From: an uncultured virus (IMG/VR IMGVR_UViG_3300024268_004105)
Lineage: Duplodnaviria > Heunggongvirae > Uroviricota > Caudoviricetes
IMG/VR virus record: IMGVR_UViG_3300024268_004105
Reading direction: 5' to 3' (one strand)
Length of the DNA stretch: 64,000 nt
The notes under the pieces: model-generated
What the model saw: the letters and a program-made list of their open reading frames with translations, nothing else
Databases searched by the model: none
Told to the model about the DNA's origin: nothing
In this document: positions 9,550 to 19,435 of the stretch, piece by piece
Layout: each line of letters starts with the position of its first letter
Numbering within the stretch: position 1 is the stretch's first letter
Position numbers and translations under genes: made by a program

Positions 9550-11124
9550 CTATCTACATTGTTTTTTACTATAATTATTACTTAAAGTTTGTGATATATT
9601 ATCAAATACTAGATTTAAATCTTTATATTTATTTAATAAAGACAAAAAATCTGTAATATTTACATAAAGATTATTTGACAAATCATCATCAGTATCTCCA
9701 CGATATAATACACATACATTTTCACGATTACCAAATTGATAATCAATTGCTTTCTTGAAATCTTCGTTTATCAAATGTTTGTTTTGATCTAGATACGGTT
9801 CTGTAGTATGTTTAATCTCAAATCCCCAATATGAATTGATAGATTTATCCCAGATCAACATATCATATTCTCCGATTTTATTATGTCCGTCATAAAATAC
9901 TGGTTTATACACTTCATATTTAGTATTATCTAATACATTCATTGTATCAAATAACACAATTTGTTCTGTCATATCTCCAAGTATTTTTTCTTCAAGCTTA
10001 TCTTTCATTATATTTCTATTTTGCTCTGATAAAATACTATAATATGATTCATTTTCAATAAATTTCAAAGCTTCTTTTAAATGATAGAATTTTATTGCAG
10101 GTTGTACAATATAATACTCTAATCTCTCTTGTTCTGAAATCCAAGAATTATTAATTCGTGTAAATGGTCTTTCTTTAATTATAGACAATACCTGCATATC
10201 ACGAAGAATCTTTTCAAAATCATTTACTGCCTCTATTGTTAAATTAGTGCTTAATTTGCCAGAAGCATTTATTCTTCTAACAAAATCTTTTGTTATTTCA
10301 TTTTTTTTCATAACAATACTATCAATAATGTCAGCGTCTACTAAACCATTTAATTTTGAAATTGGATAGTTAACAGTAGCTGTTGATAACTCATTTTGAA
10401 GTTTTTCCTTATTCCAAATACCACTATATAATTCAACCATTCTCTCAATAATAATTGTTATGTCTTTTTTACTAAATGAATTAAGGTTTTCATAATATGG
10501 GCATTTTGCAATACTATTAGCGATATTACTTGCAACCGCACTATCTAAGTATTTACAAGCACTCTTATAGTCTTTTACTCTATCTTTTCCTCTAGACATA
10601 AGACCACCATATTTTATATAATTATCCATATCATTTGTATTTAAAACACAACAATGCTCTGCAAAAGAAATATATGTAGTATCAATCGTTTGATTTCTAT
10701 CAAATAATTCCTCATTTCCTGCAAAATAAAAACCCAAAGAATCTGTTCCCGTAAGTAATATTTTCATTCCATTTTTTACATATACATCTGATAGCAAAGC
10801 AATACTATTAGGAAAGTCTTTAGCTTTTGTTATTTCATCAATGCAAATTATGTTAATTCCTTTATTTTTCGCGTTTATTACACAATTTATGACATCACTC
10901 ATATTATCATTTTCAGAGACTTCATAAAAAACACATTTATCCTTAAATGGGTAATCTTGTAAAATTTGCTCCATAAGAACCGTTTTGCCAGTTCTTCTCA
11001 AACCATATATAACCAAAATATCTTCTGATGTTTTGTCATTAATATATGTTTTGATTCTATCAAAAGCATATCTTTTATGTTCATATCTTTTAAAAGATTC
11101 AATTTCTCTTAATTCCATTTCCAA
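9550..11124 (-). CDS. AAA-family ATPase with C-terminal PD-(D/E)XK-like nuclease motif
   Basis: Walker A GLRRTGKT; Walker B ICIDE; C-terminal EYD...FEIK. Confidence 0.75.
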   Translation of the reverse strand: MEMELREIESFKRYEHKRYAFDRIKTYINDKTSEDILVIYGLRRTGKTVLMEQILQDYPFKDKCVFYEVSENDNMSDVINCVINAKNKGINIICIDEITKAKDFPNSIALLSDVYVKNGMKILLTGTDSLGFYFAGNEELFDRNQTIDTTYISFAEHCCVLNTNDMDNYIKYGGLMSRGKDRVKDYKSACKYLDSAVASNIANSIAKCPYYENLNSFSKKDITIIIERMVELYSGIWNKEKLQNELSTATVNYPISKLNGLVDADIIDSIVMKKNEITKDFVRRINASGKLSTNLTIEAVNDFEKILRDMQVLSIIKERPFTRINNSWISEQERLEYYIVQPAIKFYHLKEALKFIENESYYSILSEQNRNIMKDKLEEKILGDMTEQIVLFDTMNVLDNTKYEVYKPVFYDGHNKIGEYDMLIWDKSINSYWGFEIKHTTEPYLDQNKHLINEDFKKAIDYQFGNRENVCVLYRGDTDDDLSNNLYVNITDFLSLLNKYKDLNLVFDNISQTLSNNYSKKQCR

Positions 11125-11151
11125 TACACTCCAATAATTTATTCTACTTTA

Positions 11152-11370
11152 TCATAACACATACCTTTGCTCTATCCTTTCCCATTCTTTTTTTGTAATA
11201 TTATGATGTACATATGCATTTTTACAAAGTGTTCCTGTTAAGAAAGAAGCTTTCGCCTCATAAGCACCATAATTATCATCTTTATCGTGCTTTTCACATT
11301 GCTCCATCATATCTTGAATATCATAAGGTACAGGAAAATCAATTTTTATTTTATCGTTAATATAATTCAT
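11152..11370 (-). CDS. Small hypothetical protein, co-oriented upstream of the AAA ATPase
   Basis: 72-aa ORF with GAGGA RBS. Confidence 0.6.
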   Translation of the reverse strand: MNYINDKIKIDFPVPYDIQDMMEQCEKHDKDDNYGAYEAKASFLTGTLCKNAYVHHNITKKEWERIEQRYVL

Positions 11371-11482
11371 AAAAAATCCTCAGTTAATATTGTACATTAT
11401 TAATATTTGTTATCAAAAATTCTAAAAATAGTATATCCATTATCAACTTCATACTCAAATTATACCACGATTTATGCCCAAA

Positions 11483-11620
11483 TTACATAATACGACTAAG
11501 AAATGTATCAAAAACTCCACTAAATGAGCCAATTAAAAACGCTGCTACAATTCCAAGTATAATAATTCCACATACACTTGCTAATATTAATTCTCCATAT
11601 TGCTCTAATATATCCTTCAT
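11483..11620 (-). CDS. Small Flp-like pilin (45 aa)
   Basis: Manual translation MKDILEQYGELILASVCGIIILGIVAAFLIGSFSGVFDTFLSRIM; GGAG RBS; below the ORF-track cutoff. Confidence 0.7.
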   Translation of the reverse strand: MKDILEQYGELILASVCGIIILGIVAAFLIGSFSGVFDTFLSRIM

Positions 11621-11634
11621 TGCACGTCTCCATT

Positions 11635-11739
11635 TCAACCACTAATTGACATCATAAAAAATGTTAAAATTCCTACAATTGCCAATCCTATTATTGTATA
11701 GATAATAGCTTCACCATAATCATCTAATAAATGCTTCAT
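11635..11739 (-). CDS. Small Flp-like pilin (34 aa)
   Basis: Manual translation MKHLLDDYGEAIIYTIIGLAIVGILTFFMMSISG; GGAG RBS. Confidence 0.65.
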   Translation of the reverse strand: MKHLLDDYGEAIIYTIIGLAIVGILTFFMMSISG

Positions 11740-11752
11740 AATTATTCTCTCC

Positions 11753-12079
11753 CTAATTCAAATCAGAAGTAATCGTACGTTCACTTGTGTAATTAATAAT
11801 AGGAAGTGTTGTTTTGTATTTTAACGTAATATATCCATGTTGATATGGCGGAATACCTGATACATTAACATCTACTTCATATTCATTGTTTGATGCTTCC
11901 TTTTTTACATCAGCAACCACACTTGAACTAAAATTACTGCTTTCTATACGTGTACTTGCATCCTCTAAATAACTATCAGCTTTTCGCGTATCAATTGATG
12001 TTGTTATTAAAAGAACGCCTAAGAAAACGCATAAAAATGTAAAAAATATGCCTAAAAACGCTTTAATTACATTTTCCAT
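11753..12079 (-). CDS. TadE-like minor pilin
   Basis: N-terminal TM helix; C-terminal V..Y..LPII motif as in TadE-like proteins; context. Confidence 0.5.
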   Translation of the reverse strand: MENVIKAFLGIFFTFLCVFLGVLLITTSIDTRKADSYLEDASTRIESSNFSSSVVADVKKEASNNEYEVDVNVSGIPPYQHGYITLKYKTTLPIINYTSERTITSDLN

Positions 12080-12088
12080 ATCAATCTC

Positions 12089-13663
12089 CTATTTAATAAA
12101 AACAGACATGTCTGTCATCGATAAAACCATAAACGCAAACATATCAACAATAAGCTTTCCGCCTGCGAAAAGTCCAGGCAACCAAAACATTACTAGATAT
12201 GTTGCTAATGAATTGTCATCCTTGTACTCATTAATCTTATCCACTAACTGATTATTTTTTCTAATAATCTCTGCAATTTGTTCATCTGCAGATCCACCGA
12301 TACCTTGAGTACGAGAATATAAAATCTTCATCGTCGATCTAATTGAACTTATATTAAAAGCACTCATGAAATCAAGATAAGGCTCGATTTCATTCGGTCT
12401 TTCTTGTATTTCTTTAATAAGCTTCTTGATTTCTGGCTTAAAAATTGCCGGTGCTGTAGCATAAGAATTATATAAAGAAACATATACATTCTCATATTGA
12501 AGCAATAAAGCAATCTCCATTAACCAATCAGGAAACTTCTCTTCAATTTCTCTTTTTGCTATTTTCATATATAATCGGTATCCCAATCGATGTTGGAATA
12601 ACATTAAAACTGTAATCACAGCACATATACATATTCCAATTGGCATATCCTTTATAATAAATAAAATGGTTAATGCAAAAGGTACAATAGCCCATATAAG
12701 CGATTTTATAAACTCTTTCTTATTATCCCAATTAATTATTCGATAATATCTTCTCAAGGAATCCTTTGGTTCTTCGACATCTCTTTCGTCAAATTCAGAA
12801 GAATTAATCTTCTTGTCTGCGATAGAAAGTACCAACATATCAAAAAACCACATAAATATTGTTGCAATTTGAACTGCAACATTATGTGTTATATCAAATC
12901 CGATTCGGCTTAATAATAGCGAAAATACAATGACTACAATCGTTGATACAGCAATAGCTCCTACCACCCTATTTCGTTTGACTTGTTTATCTTTTTGTAA
13001 AGATAGAATTCTCTTTTCCCAATTGGATCTATCTTCCTGAAGAAGTTCAATCGATTTGTTACAATCCCCGCCTAAATTCTCAACCTTTCGTAGAAATTGG
13101 TGTATTGTAATGATTTTTTTAAGAGGATATTCATTCTCGATCAACTTCAAGCCTTCAAGCTCAATATCTTCAACATCGTTATTCGAATATGACATGATAT
13201 AATATATGGCTTTGGAAATACATTCATACATTTTGCTATCTTTAAACTCAATTTTGATTGCCTCTAAAGATGCAACTATCTTTTTTGACTTTGCAAATGC
13301 ATATAAAAGCTGCTCTATATATACATTTGCATCTGCGTATTTTTTATTCTCATAATCCAGCTTATATGAAGATATGATTAATTGAGGAACAAATAATACT
13401 CCTGCAATATACATTATGATTGCGTATATAAGCTGCATATTAAGAATATATGACAAGCTTATTGTACACATAGAATATACCAACAGATATACTCCGATTT
13501 TCTTAAAAGATAATGTACCATCATATTCTAATATACTGTTTTTGAACGATATTGGATTTAGATACCAAAGAAAGCTATGTTTTCTTTTCTTTTTTGGTTC
13601 TTCCTTAGATTCTTCATATAAAGAATCTAACGTTACTTCCTTACTCTTTCTACTCTTTCTCAT
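12089..13663 (-). CDS. Pilus assembly platform protein, probable TadB-TadC fusion
   Basis: Two T2SSF-like halves with TM clusters, directly downstream of the CpaF ATPase; start 13663 behind AGGAG. Confidence 0.65.
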   Translation of the reverse strand: MRKSRKSKEVTLDSLYEESKEEPKKKRKHSFLWYLNPISFKNSILEYDGTLSFKKIGVYLLVYSMCTISLSYILNMQLIYAIIMYIAGVLFVPQLIISSYKLDYENKKYADANVYIEQLLYAFAKSKKIVASLEAIKIEFKDSKMYECISKAIYYIMSYSNNDVEDIELEGLKLIENEYPLKKIITIHQFLRKVENLGGDCNKSIELLQEDRSNWEKRILSLQKDKQVKRNRVVGAIAVSTIVVIVFSLLLSRIGFDITHNVAVQIATIFMWFFDMLVLSIADKKINSSEFDERDVEEPKDSLRRYYRIINWDNKKEFIKSLIWAIVPFALTILFIIKDMPIGICICAVITVLMLFQHRLGYRLYMKIAKREIEEKFPDWLMEIALLLQYENVYVSLYNSYATAPAIFKPEIKKLIKEIQERPNEIEPYLDFMSAFNISSIRSTMKILYSRTQGIGGSADEQIAEIIRKNNQLVDKINEYKDDNSLATYLVMFWLPGLFAGGKLIVDMFAFMVLSMTDMSVFIK

Positions 13664-13673
13664 ATATTTGCTC

Positions 13674-14864
13674 CTAACTAATAAAATCTTCACACAGATT
13701 ATCAAAGATCACATCACATTTGAAAGGATCTTTTATATTATTTCTATCAAATTTATGCTGTATATTAGGCGAAAAATTCTTAGAAATAAGCATCCCATCA
13801 TTAAACACAATTAAACTGTTCTTGCGACTTCCCTCAAAGGAGAATAAACATACTTGATCTATATAACGCTTCATATTGCCATTATCATCAATTTTCATTG
13901 AAATCATGATTGCAACATCGAGGAAATTATATATATCCGCTTCCATTCGATCTGCACCTATTCTATCTGATACCATGTTAATAATTCGATCAGGAACTTT
14001 CCTGCAATCATCTGTATGGAGCGTCGTAATAGAATTCACACCAGTAGATAATGCTGTAACAAAATCCTTTGCTTCCTCTCCTCTTATTTCCTGAATCATC
14101 ATCCAAGTAGGATTTTGTCTCAAACATGCTTTTATCGAATCCTGATAATTAAAAATATCAGACACTTGCATCTCAACCACATCCTGCTTTGGCTTGATTT
14201 GGCTATAATGCCATTCAAGGTTATCTTCAATAGAAATTACTCTTTCACTATCGTTAATATATTGAGAAAAGAACTTTGCCGCTTCTGTTTTTCCTACTCC
14301 AACTCCACCACAAATTACAATATTCATATGACACTTAATACAATTTATAATAAAACTTAGTAATTCTGTGGAAGCATATCCCGATTCAATCGCATTTTTT
14401 ATAGAAATTCTCGTATAAGGCAAAGTTTTTCTTATACAAATACTTCTTCCTGACACTGCTACAGATTCATGTATAACACTTATTCTTAATTTATCTGTTT
14501 CTGCCTCTAATACAGGATTCTCTTTGTTAAGTTCCAAAGATACCGCATTAGAGATTCGAAGAGATAGTAACTCTATAAATTCTTTATTTATATTTGTATT
14601 CGAAATATCTACCTTTTTTCGAACATTATTATCACAATCTCTTATCCATAAATCCTTTCCGTTATAATCAATGTCCGTTATATTATCATCTGATATATAA
14701 TCCCAAAGATCTTCCCAGAAATCCTCAGTTATTTTTATTCCATTATTAATAAAGCTCTCATTATCATTAGACAAAGAATTCTCATTTTGAGTTCTAATAT
14801 CTAACTCTGCATCAAACTCATTTACGTCTTCAAATGTTTTATTTCTTTTATTTAGTAAATCCAT
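13674..14864 (-). CDS. cpaF: CpaF/TadA (VirB11-like) pilus assembly ATPase
   Basis: ITDIDYNG; Walker A GGVGVGKT; SIEDNLE Asp box; LRQNP..QEIRG; TTLH His box. Confidence 0.88.
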   Translation of the reverse strand: MDLLNKRNKTFEDVNEFDAELDIRTQNENSLSNDNESFINNGIKITEDFWEDLWDYISDDNITDIDYNGKDLWIRDCDNNVRKKVDISNTNINKEFIELLSLRISNAVSLELNKENPVLEAETDKLRISVIHESVAVSGRSICIRKTLPYTRISIKNAIESGYASTELLSFIINCIKCHMNIVICGGVGVGKTEAAKFFSQYINDSERVISIEDNLEWHYSQIKPKQDVVEMQVSDIFNYQDSIKACLRQNPTWMMIQEIRGEEAKDFVTALSTGVNSITTLHTDDCRKVPDRIINMVSDRIGADRMEADIYNFLDVAIMISMKIDDNGNMKRYIDQVCLFSFEGSRKNSLIVFNDGMLISKNFSPNIQHKFDRNNIKDPFKCDVIFDNLCEDFIS

Positions 14865-14966
14865 AATCACCTCATTATCAATACCCTCATTATCAAATAT
14901 GATAATGAGGATATTAATTCATCAAAAAAATTTTTTAAAAAATTCTTTGTTAATTGTGCGCTCCAA

Positions 14967-15143
14967 CTACACACCACCAGCACTCTTTGCGTCGCTAAAG
15001 AAATTTTTGATTAGATCAGAAAAAGCGTCACTTACTACTCCACCGCTTGAAGTTCCGATTACAGCTACAATTACTACAATAAGTGCTAAAATAGCCACTA
15101 CTGTAATAATTGCTGGCCCATATTCTTTCAAAATCTCTTGCAT
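14967..15143 (-). CDS. Major Flp-like pilin (58 aa)
   Basis: Manual translation MQEILKEYGPAIITVVAILALIVVIVAVIGTSSGGVVSDAFSDLIKNFFSDAKSAGGV; AAAGGAG RBS; directly upstream of cpaF. Confidence 0.75.
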   Translation of the reverse strand: MQEILKEYGPAIITVVAILALIVVIVAVIGTSSGGVVSDAFSDLIKNFFSDAKSAGGV

Positions 15144-15158
15144 AAAGTCATCTCCTTT

Positions 15159-15695
15159 CTAATAAATGTAATTATCTTTTATATAATCTAACACGTCTTG
15201 GTTATGACAATTCTCTCGTACAAGTATTTTATACGCATCATAAGGAGTACAATGAGATGTTCGATAAGTCCTATACTCAATTAATCCTTGATACGCATCA
15301 ACAAGTTCCAACGTGGTATATAATTTTTCTAAATTGTCATTATAAGACGGAAGATTATCAATGTTTTTATAAGAAGAATGATTATGATGATATAAAACAA
15401 GAGATTTTATGTTCTCGTCAATGTCATAATCTTTTATTATTTCATATGAGTAATAAGGATGATTATCTATGAGACGTTTTTCAAATTCAGTTAATATGTC
15501 TTGTTTTTCTAACAAATATGAAGACAAATACAGCTTTCCAACATCACAAAGCAACGCGGCTGTTGAAAGAATGTGTCCTTCGTAATTAAAATAATTCTCT
15601 AAATCGACAGCCATATTTTGCATTCCTACACAATGTCCCATTGTTTCGCGATCTAATTGTTGTATAAGCTCATTAATCTGCATATTTGTACACAT
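15159..15695 (-). CDS. Degenerate stand-alone HD-GYP-type domain protein
   Basis: TMGHC...ALLCDVGK...HPYYSY...LYHH...VDAY..L...R.YR; the HD motif reads CD and GYP is absent. Confidence 0.75.
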   Translation of the reverse strand: MCTNMQINELIQQLDRETMGHCVGMQNMAVDLENYFNYEGHILSTAALLCDVGKLYLSSYLLEKQDILTEFEKRLIDNHPYYSYEIIKDYDIDENIKSLVLYHHNHSSYKNIDNLPSYNDNLEKLYTTLELVDAYQGLIEYRTYRTSHCTPYDAYKILVRENCHNQDVLDYIKDNYIY

Positions 15696-15717
15696 CGTTT
15701 TTCTCCTTATGTGCACA

Positions 15718-15787
15718 ATCATATACACCCATTTATAACAAAAAATAACTTATAATATTTTTTTTGCCCTATTTTTCACTTATAATA
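15718..15787 (-). promoter_or_regulatory. Regulon promoter B
   Basis: Boxes at 15748 and 15778; -10 TATGAT at 15718-15723. Confidence 0.75.
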
Positions 15788-15812
15788 TGTTTTTTAATAA
15801 AAAAGCATAAAA

Positions 15813-15834
15813 ATAAGCCCCCTCAGGGGCTTAT
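15813..15834 (-). terminator. Intrinsic terminator after topB
   Basis: ATAAGCCCC-CTCA-GGGGCTTAT hairpin. Confidence 0.7.
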
Positions 15835-15853
15835 ATGCAAACATTCATATAAT

Positions 15854-18007
15854 CTACTTAAATTCCATATCAAAATCAAACTCATATCTGACACAATTAT
15901 CACCTTTTTTATTAACAAATTCCTTTTTTACAAGCGCCTTAGGTACAGCATATGCGTCAAAAGTATCATTACCAGATTTCTTCTTGATTCCTTTGATTAA
16001 TATGCGATTACCACTACATATTTGTTTGAGTTGTGATTCTGATATCTCTTTGCCAAATACATACTTCTGCGAAAATCCACATTGAGATTTACAATATGCA
16101 CCATATTTACCTTTAATAATATCGCCCTTACATTTAGGACATTTACATATTACTCCATTAGTACCCTCATAATTAATAACACCATCATTATTCTCAATGA
16201 TATTTTTTACAAAATCTAACACATCAAGCTCTAAATCCTTGGTAGTTGCCTTTCCTTCTTTTATATTTTCTTGTATTACCCACCATTGAGCTGTAAGATT
16301 CGGTTGTTTAATTGAATCAGGCAAAACCTTATAAAATGCAAGTCCTTTTTCCGTCGGAATAAGTATTTTATTTTTGTTTTGCTGCTTTTCTTCTAAATAT
16401 CCTACTTCCAATAATCTTTCAATTATTGCGGTACGTGTCGCTACAGTACCAATAGAACCATTTTCTCCCTTTTTCCCTTTATCTTTAAGAACTAAAAGCT
16501 CTTTAACATTAGGATCAGTAACATACTTAGCTATACACCCCATTGCATTAAATAAAGTTGTTTTACTAAAAGGCTTAAGTGGTTTTGTCTCTTTCTTTTC
16601 AATATTACATGATTGAATTAAACATTCACATCTACCTTCTTGAAGTGCAGATAATTCTTTTATATTCTCATCTTTAGCATCATTATTAGCATTATTCTTA
16701 AGAAGCTGTAAGTAACCTTGACGTTTAACTAATACACTACTCGCAGATAAACACTCTCCTTCTTTTATTTTTATTTGTAGTATTGTTTTTTCTTTGACAG
16801 CTTTAGGCATAAATTGAATCAAATAGTAGTCGCATATTGCTTTATATACATTGAGTTCCTCTGATGAAAGCTTAGATACATCAATTTGATTATTTGTTGG
16901 AATAATAGCAAAATGTGCAGTTATATTAGAATCATTAAAACACCTACTTTTAATACTCATATCAAGATTACAATTTATATCTAAATTATCAAGTATCGCT
17001 GAAATTACTCCTGGTGCTTCTTTATAATGCTCTTCAGATAGATATTGACAGTCAGATCTATTATATGTAATTGCAGAGTATTTTTCCCTTAAGTTTTGTG
17101 TAATTGACATAACTTGTTTTGGATTATAGCCAAAATGCTTATGACAATATGAATTAAGCTTATTAATATTAAAAGGAAGTGGCGGTGCTTCGTTTTGAAT
17201 TTTTTTTACTATCTCACATGAAGTCTTCTTATTATTGATATCATTAGATATTTCTTTTAAATAACTATCATCTAAAAACATACCGTCAGTTAAGTTAACA
17301 TTCTCTTTATCAGGCACAAATTTTGTTCTTATAATACAATTGTTAATATTGACATCAGAAAACAATTCATAATAATAGTTCTTTTTAAAATTTTTAATAT
17401 CATAATATCGTTGACACACTAAAGAAAATGTTGCAGTCTGTACTCTACCCACAGAAAATATATTATTATTTTTACAAGAGTAGAACCGTGTTAAATTATA
17501 TCCAAAGATAATATCAGCTACTTGCCTTGCATAAGCAGATATTCCGTCTTTCACATATAAATCGTTGTCTTCTAAATTATTTAATGCTTTTTTTATAGCG
17601 TTAATCGAAGTATCAGATGTGTCTAATCTAAGAACCTTGCCATTATATCTTCCCCATTCAATCAATTCATCTACAAGATTTTGTCCTTCCTCATCAATAT
17701 CACCAGCATTAATTATTACAGAAGCTTCTTTCATTAAACTCACAATTTGTTTTACTCTTGCAGAATTCCCTTTTTTTACCTTTCTTCCCCAATTATCAAA
17801 GTATATTGGCAAATCGTTAATATTCCATGATTTATATTTATCATCATAATCTTCTGGATCTTTTAAAGTTAATAAATGTCCAAAAGCCCAGATTATCTTA
17901 TAATCCATGATTTCATAGCAATTATTTTTATTAATACAATTTCCACCTAACGCTTCTGCAATCGCTTTTGCAATCATTGGTTTTTCACAAATAACTAATT
18001 TATGCAT
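15854..18007 (-). CDS. topB: DNA topoisomerase III (type IA)
   Basis: ICEKP, GHL, AGDIDEEG, SVGRVQT, ITYNRSD (catalytic Tyr), HFAIIPT; C-terminal Zn ribbon. Confidence 0.92.
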   Translation of the reverse strand: MHKLVICEKPMIAKAIAEALGGNCINKNNCYEIMDYKIIWAFGHLLTLKDPEDYDDKYKSWNINDLPIYFDNWGRKVKKGNSARVKQIVSLMKEASVIINAGDIDEEGQNLVDELIEWGRYNGKVLRLDTSDTSINAIKKALNNLEDNDLYVKDGISAYARQVADIIFGYNLTRFYSCKNNNIFSVGRVQTATFSLVCQRYYDIKNFKKNYYYELFSDVNINNCIIRTKFVPDKENVNLTDGMFLDDSYLKEISNDINNKKTSCEIVKKIQNEAPPLPFNINKLNSYCHKHFGYNPKQVMSITQNLREKYSAITYNRSDCQYLSEEHYKEAPGVISAILDNLDINCNLDMSIKSRCFNDSNITAHFAIIPTNNQIDVSKLSSEELNVYKAICDYYLIQFMPKAVKEKTILQIKIKEGECLSASSVLVKRQGYLQLLKNNANNDAKDENIKELSALQEGRCECLIQSCNIEKKETKPLKPFSKTTLFNAMGCIAKYVTDPNVKELLVLKDKGKKGENGSIGTVATRTAIIERLLEVGYLEEKQQNKNKILIPTEKGLAFYKVLPDSIKQPNLTAQWWVIQENIKEGKATTKDLELDVLDFVKNIIENNDGVINYEGTNGVICKCPKCKGDIIKGKYGAYCKSQCGFSQKYVFGKEISESQLKQICSGNRILIKGIKKKSGNDTFDAYAVPKALVKKEFVNKKGDNCVRYEFDFDMEFK

Positions 18008-18019
18008 ATTCTTTCCTTT

Positions 18020-19378
18020 CTATAATGATTTATCATTGAATTTTGTTTTATCAAAGAAGTAATCATCAGATATTTCTTTTGCCATATCTAATGAAACATT
18101 ATAATGTCCGTGATTTAACACTTTAGTCTTCTCATTCCACGAAGTCCATGTTGCATACTCGTTTGTGTTTTTATTCTTGCCAATTACGTGATATAAATAA
18201 TTATCATCAGGATGATTAGATGCTCTTCTTACTTCAACAACTTCAAATTGAGTTATATGATTATTTTCATCCAAAAAATATTCCTTTATATTATTAATTA
18301 CTTCTTCTGGAACAATCAGAATACTTTCATCTGAAGACTCTTCTTTATTCGAAATGACTTCGATATTATTATTTATACCGCTATCCTGATACTTATCTGC
18401 AGAATCAATAATATAATCATCCATTGCTAATTTAAATTCTTCTATATCTTTTTTCCCTACTACTACATAATTAAGTCCCTTTTTGCATGTATAATACATA
18501 TATTCGACACCGTTTTCATCTGATTCCTTAATATAAAATTCACATGCTCTTTTATTGGATTCAGGAATCATTAAAAGATACGTTCCTTTACTAAATATAT
18601 ACAAATTATCATTAATTTCTTCTGCAATTTCCTTGTTAGGACTATTTTCATTAAATGCAATTGATTCAGGATATGCGGAATTCGAATATACATAATATCC
18701 AACATCACTATATCCTTGCTTTTGAATGTCATAGTCAAACAACCCATTCTTACATGCAACATCAAACAATGAGCTTATATCTTCCTTCCAGTTGGTCATA
18801 AGCTCACTTGATACAGGTATATATTTACAAAGCTTTTCACTATATATATCTATATATATTCTTAGATCTCCTCTTTTAAGATATGGAATATTTTCGAAAT
18901 TGGCCTTTGTCTTATCATTTTTATGTCTAACTTCTAAGCATATTTTTTCATAAGGACATTCTTTAATATATTTTTTCATTTCTTCAACTTCTAATTGCTT
19001 ATACTCTATGTTATTTGCAACCTTATTGCATAAATCATCCATGTAAGCTTTCGTAAATCTATTAAAATATTCTTCAATACTTAATACTTGATGTTTAAAT
19101 GAAAATTTTAAGTATAAATCATATTCTGTTCTAATATCTGATACTTTTACTACAGATAAGCTTTTTTCAATATAACTATATTCATTATTAGAAAACTTAA
19201 AACGAAGTTGCATATCTTCACATTCTATCTTTAATCCATAGCTAGAATGCATATATTTCATTCTAAAAAAACTTGGAATCACAAGCGGAATTCTTTTAGA
19301 TAATAAATCCATAAATTCTTTATCTGACATATCATTATAATACCTAATAACATTATTCATAATTATTATCCTTTCCAT
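18020..19378 (-). CDS. Multidomain hypothetical protein; middle part resembles the paralogs at 36947 and 38005
   Basis: Long ORF; loose similarity to the DUF5688-like paralogs. Confidence 0.5.
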   Translation of the reverse strand: MERIIIMNNVIRYYNDMSDKEFMDLLSKRIPLVIPSFFRMKYMHSSYGLKIECEDMQLRFKFSNNEYSYIEKSLSVVKVSDIRTEYDLYLKFSFKHQVLSIEEYFNRFTKAYMDDLCNKVANNIEYKQLEVEEMKKYIKECPYEKICLEVRHKNDKTKANFENIPYLKRGDLRIYIDIYSEKLCKYIPVSSELMTNWKEDISSLFDVACKNGLFDYDIQKQGYSDVGYYVYSNSAYPESIAFNENSPNKEIAEEINDNLYIFSKGTYLLMIPESNKRACEFYIKESDENGVEYMYYTCKKGLNYVVVGKKDIEEFKLAMDDYIIDSADKYQDSGINNNIEVISNKEESSDESILIVPEEVINNIKEYFLDENNHITQFEVVEVRRASNHPDDNYLYHVIGKNKNTNEYATWTSWNEKTKVLNHGHYNVSLDMAKEISDDYFFDKTKFNDKSL

Positions 19379-19390
19379 TTATCAATATGC

Positions 19391-19417
19391 TAACTTCGGT
19401 CAGCATGTCCGAAGTTA
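19391..19417. repeat. 27-bp palindrome, remote copy
   Basis: TAACTTCGGTCA-GCA-TGTCCGAAGTTA. Confidence 0.9.
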
Positions 19418-19435
19418 GCACTGATTAACTGTTTT

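Noticed and set aside
14899..15162. Plus-strand 87-aa ORF in the track
   Set aside because: Antisense shadow of the real minus-strand pilin 14967..15143; the other plus-strand ORFs between 2 and 60 kb were rejected likewise
15695..15850. c-di-GMP riboswitch upstream of the HD-GYP/Tad operon
   Set aside because: No recognisable GEMM-type structure; the space is filled by the terminator and promoter B (an Rfam/Infernal scan would settle it)
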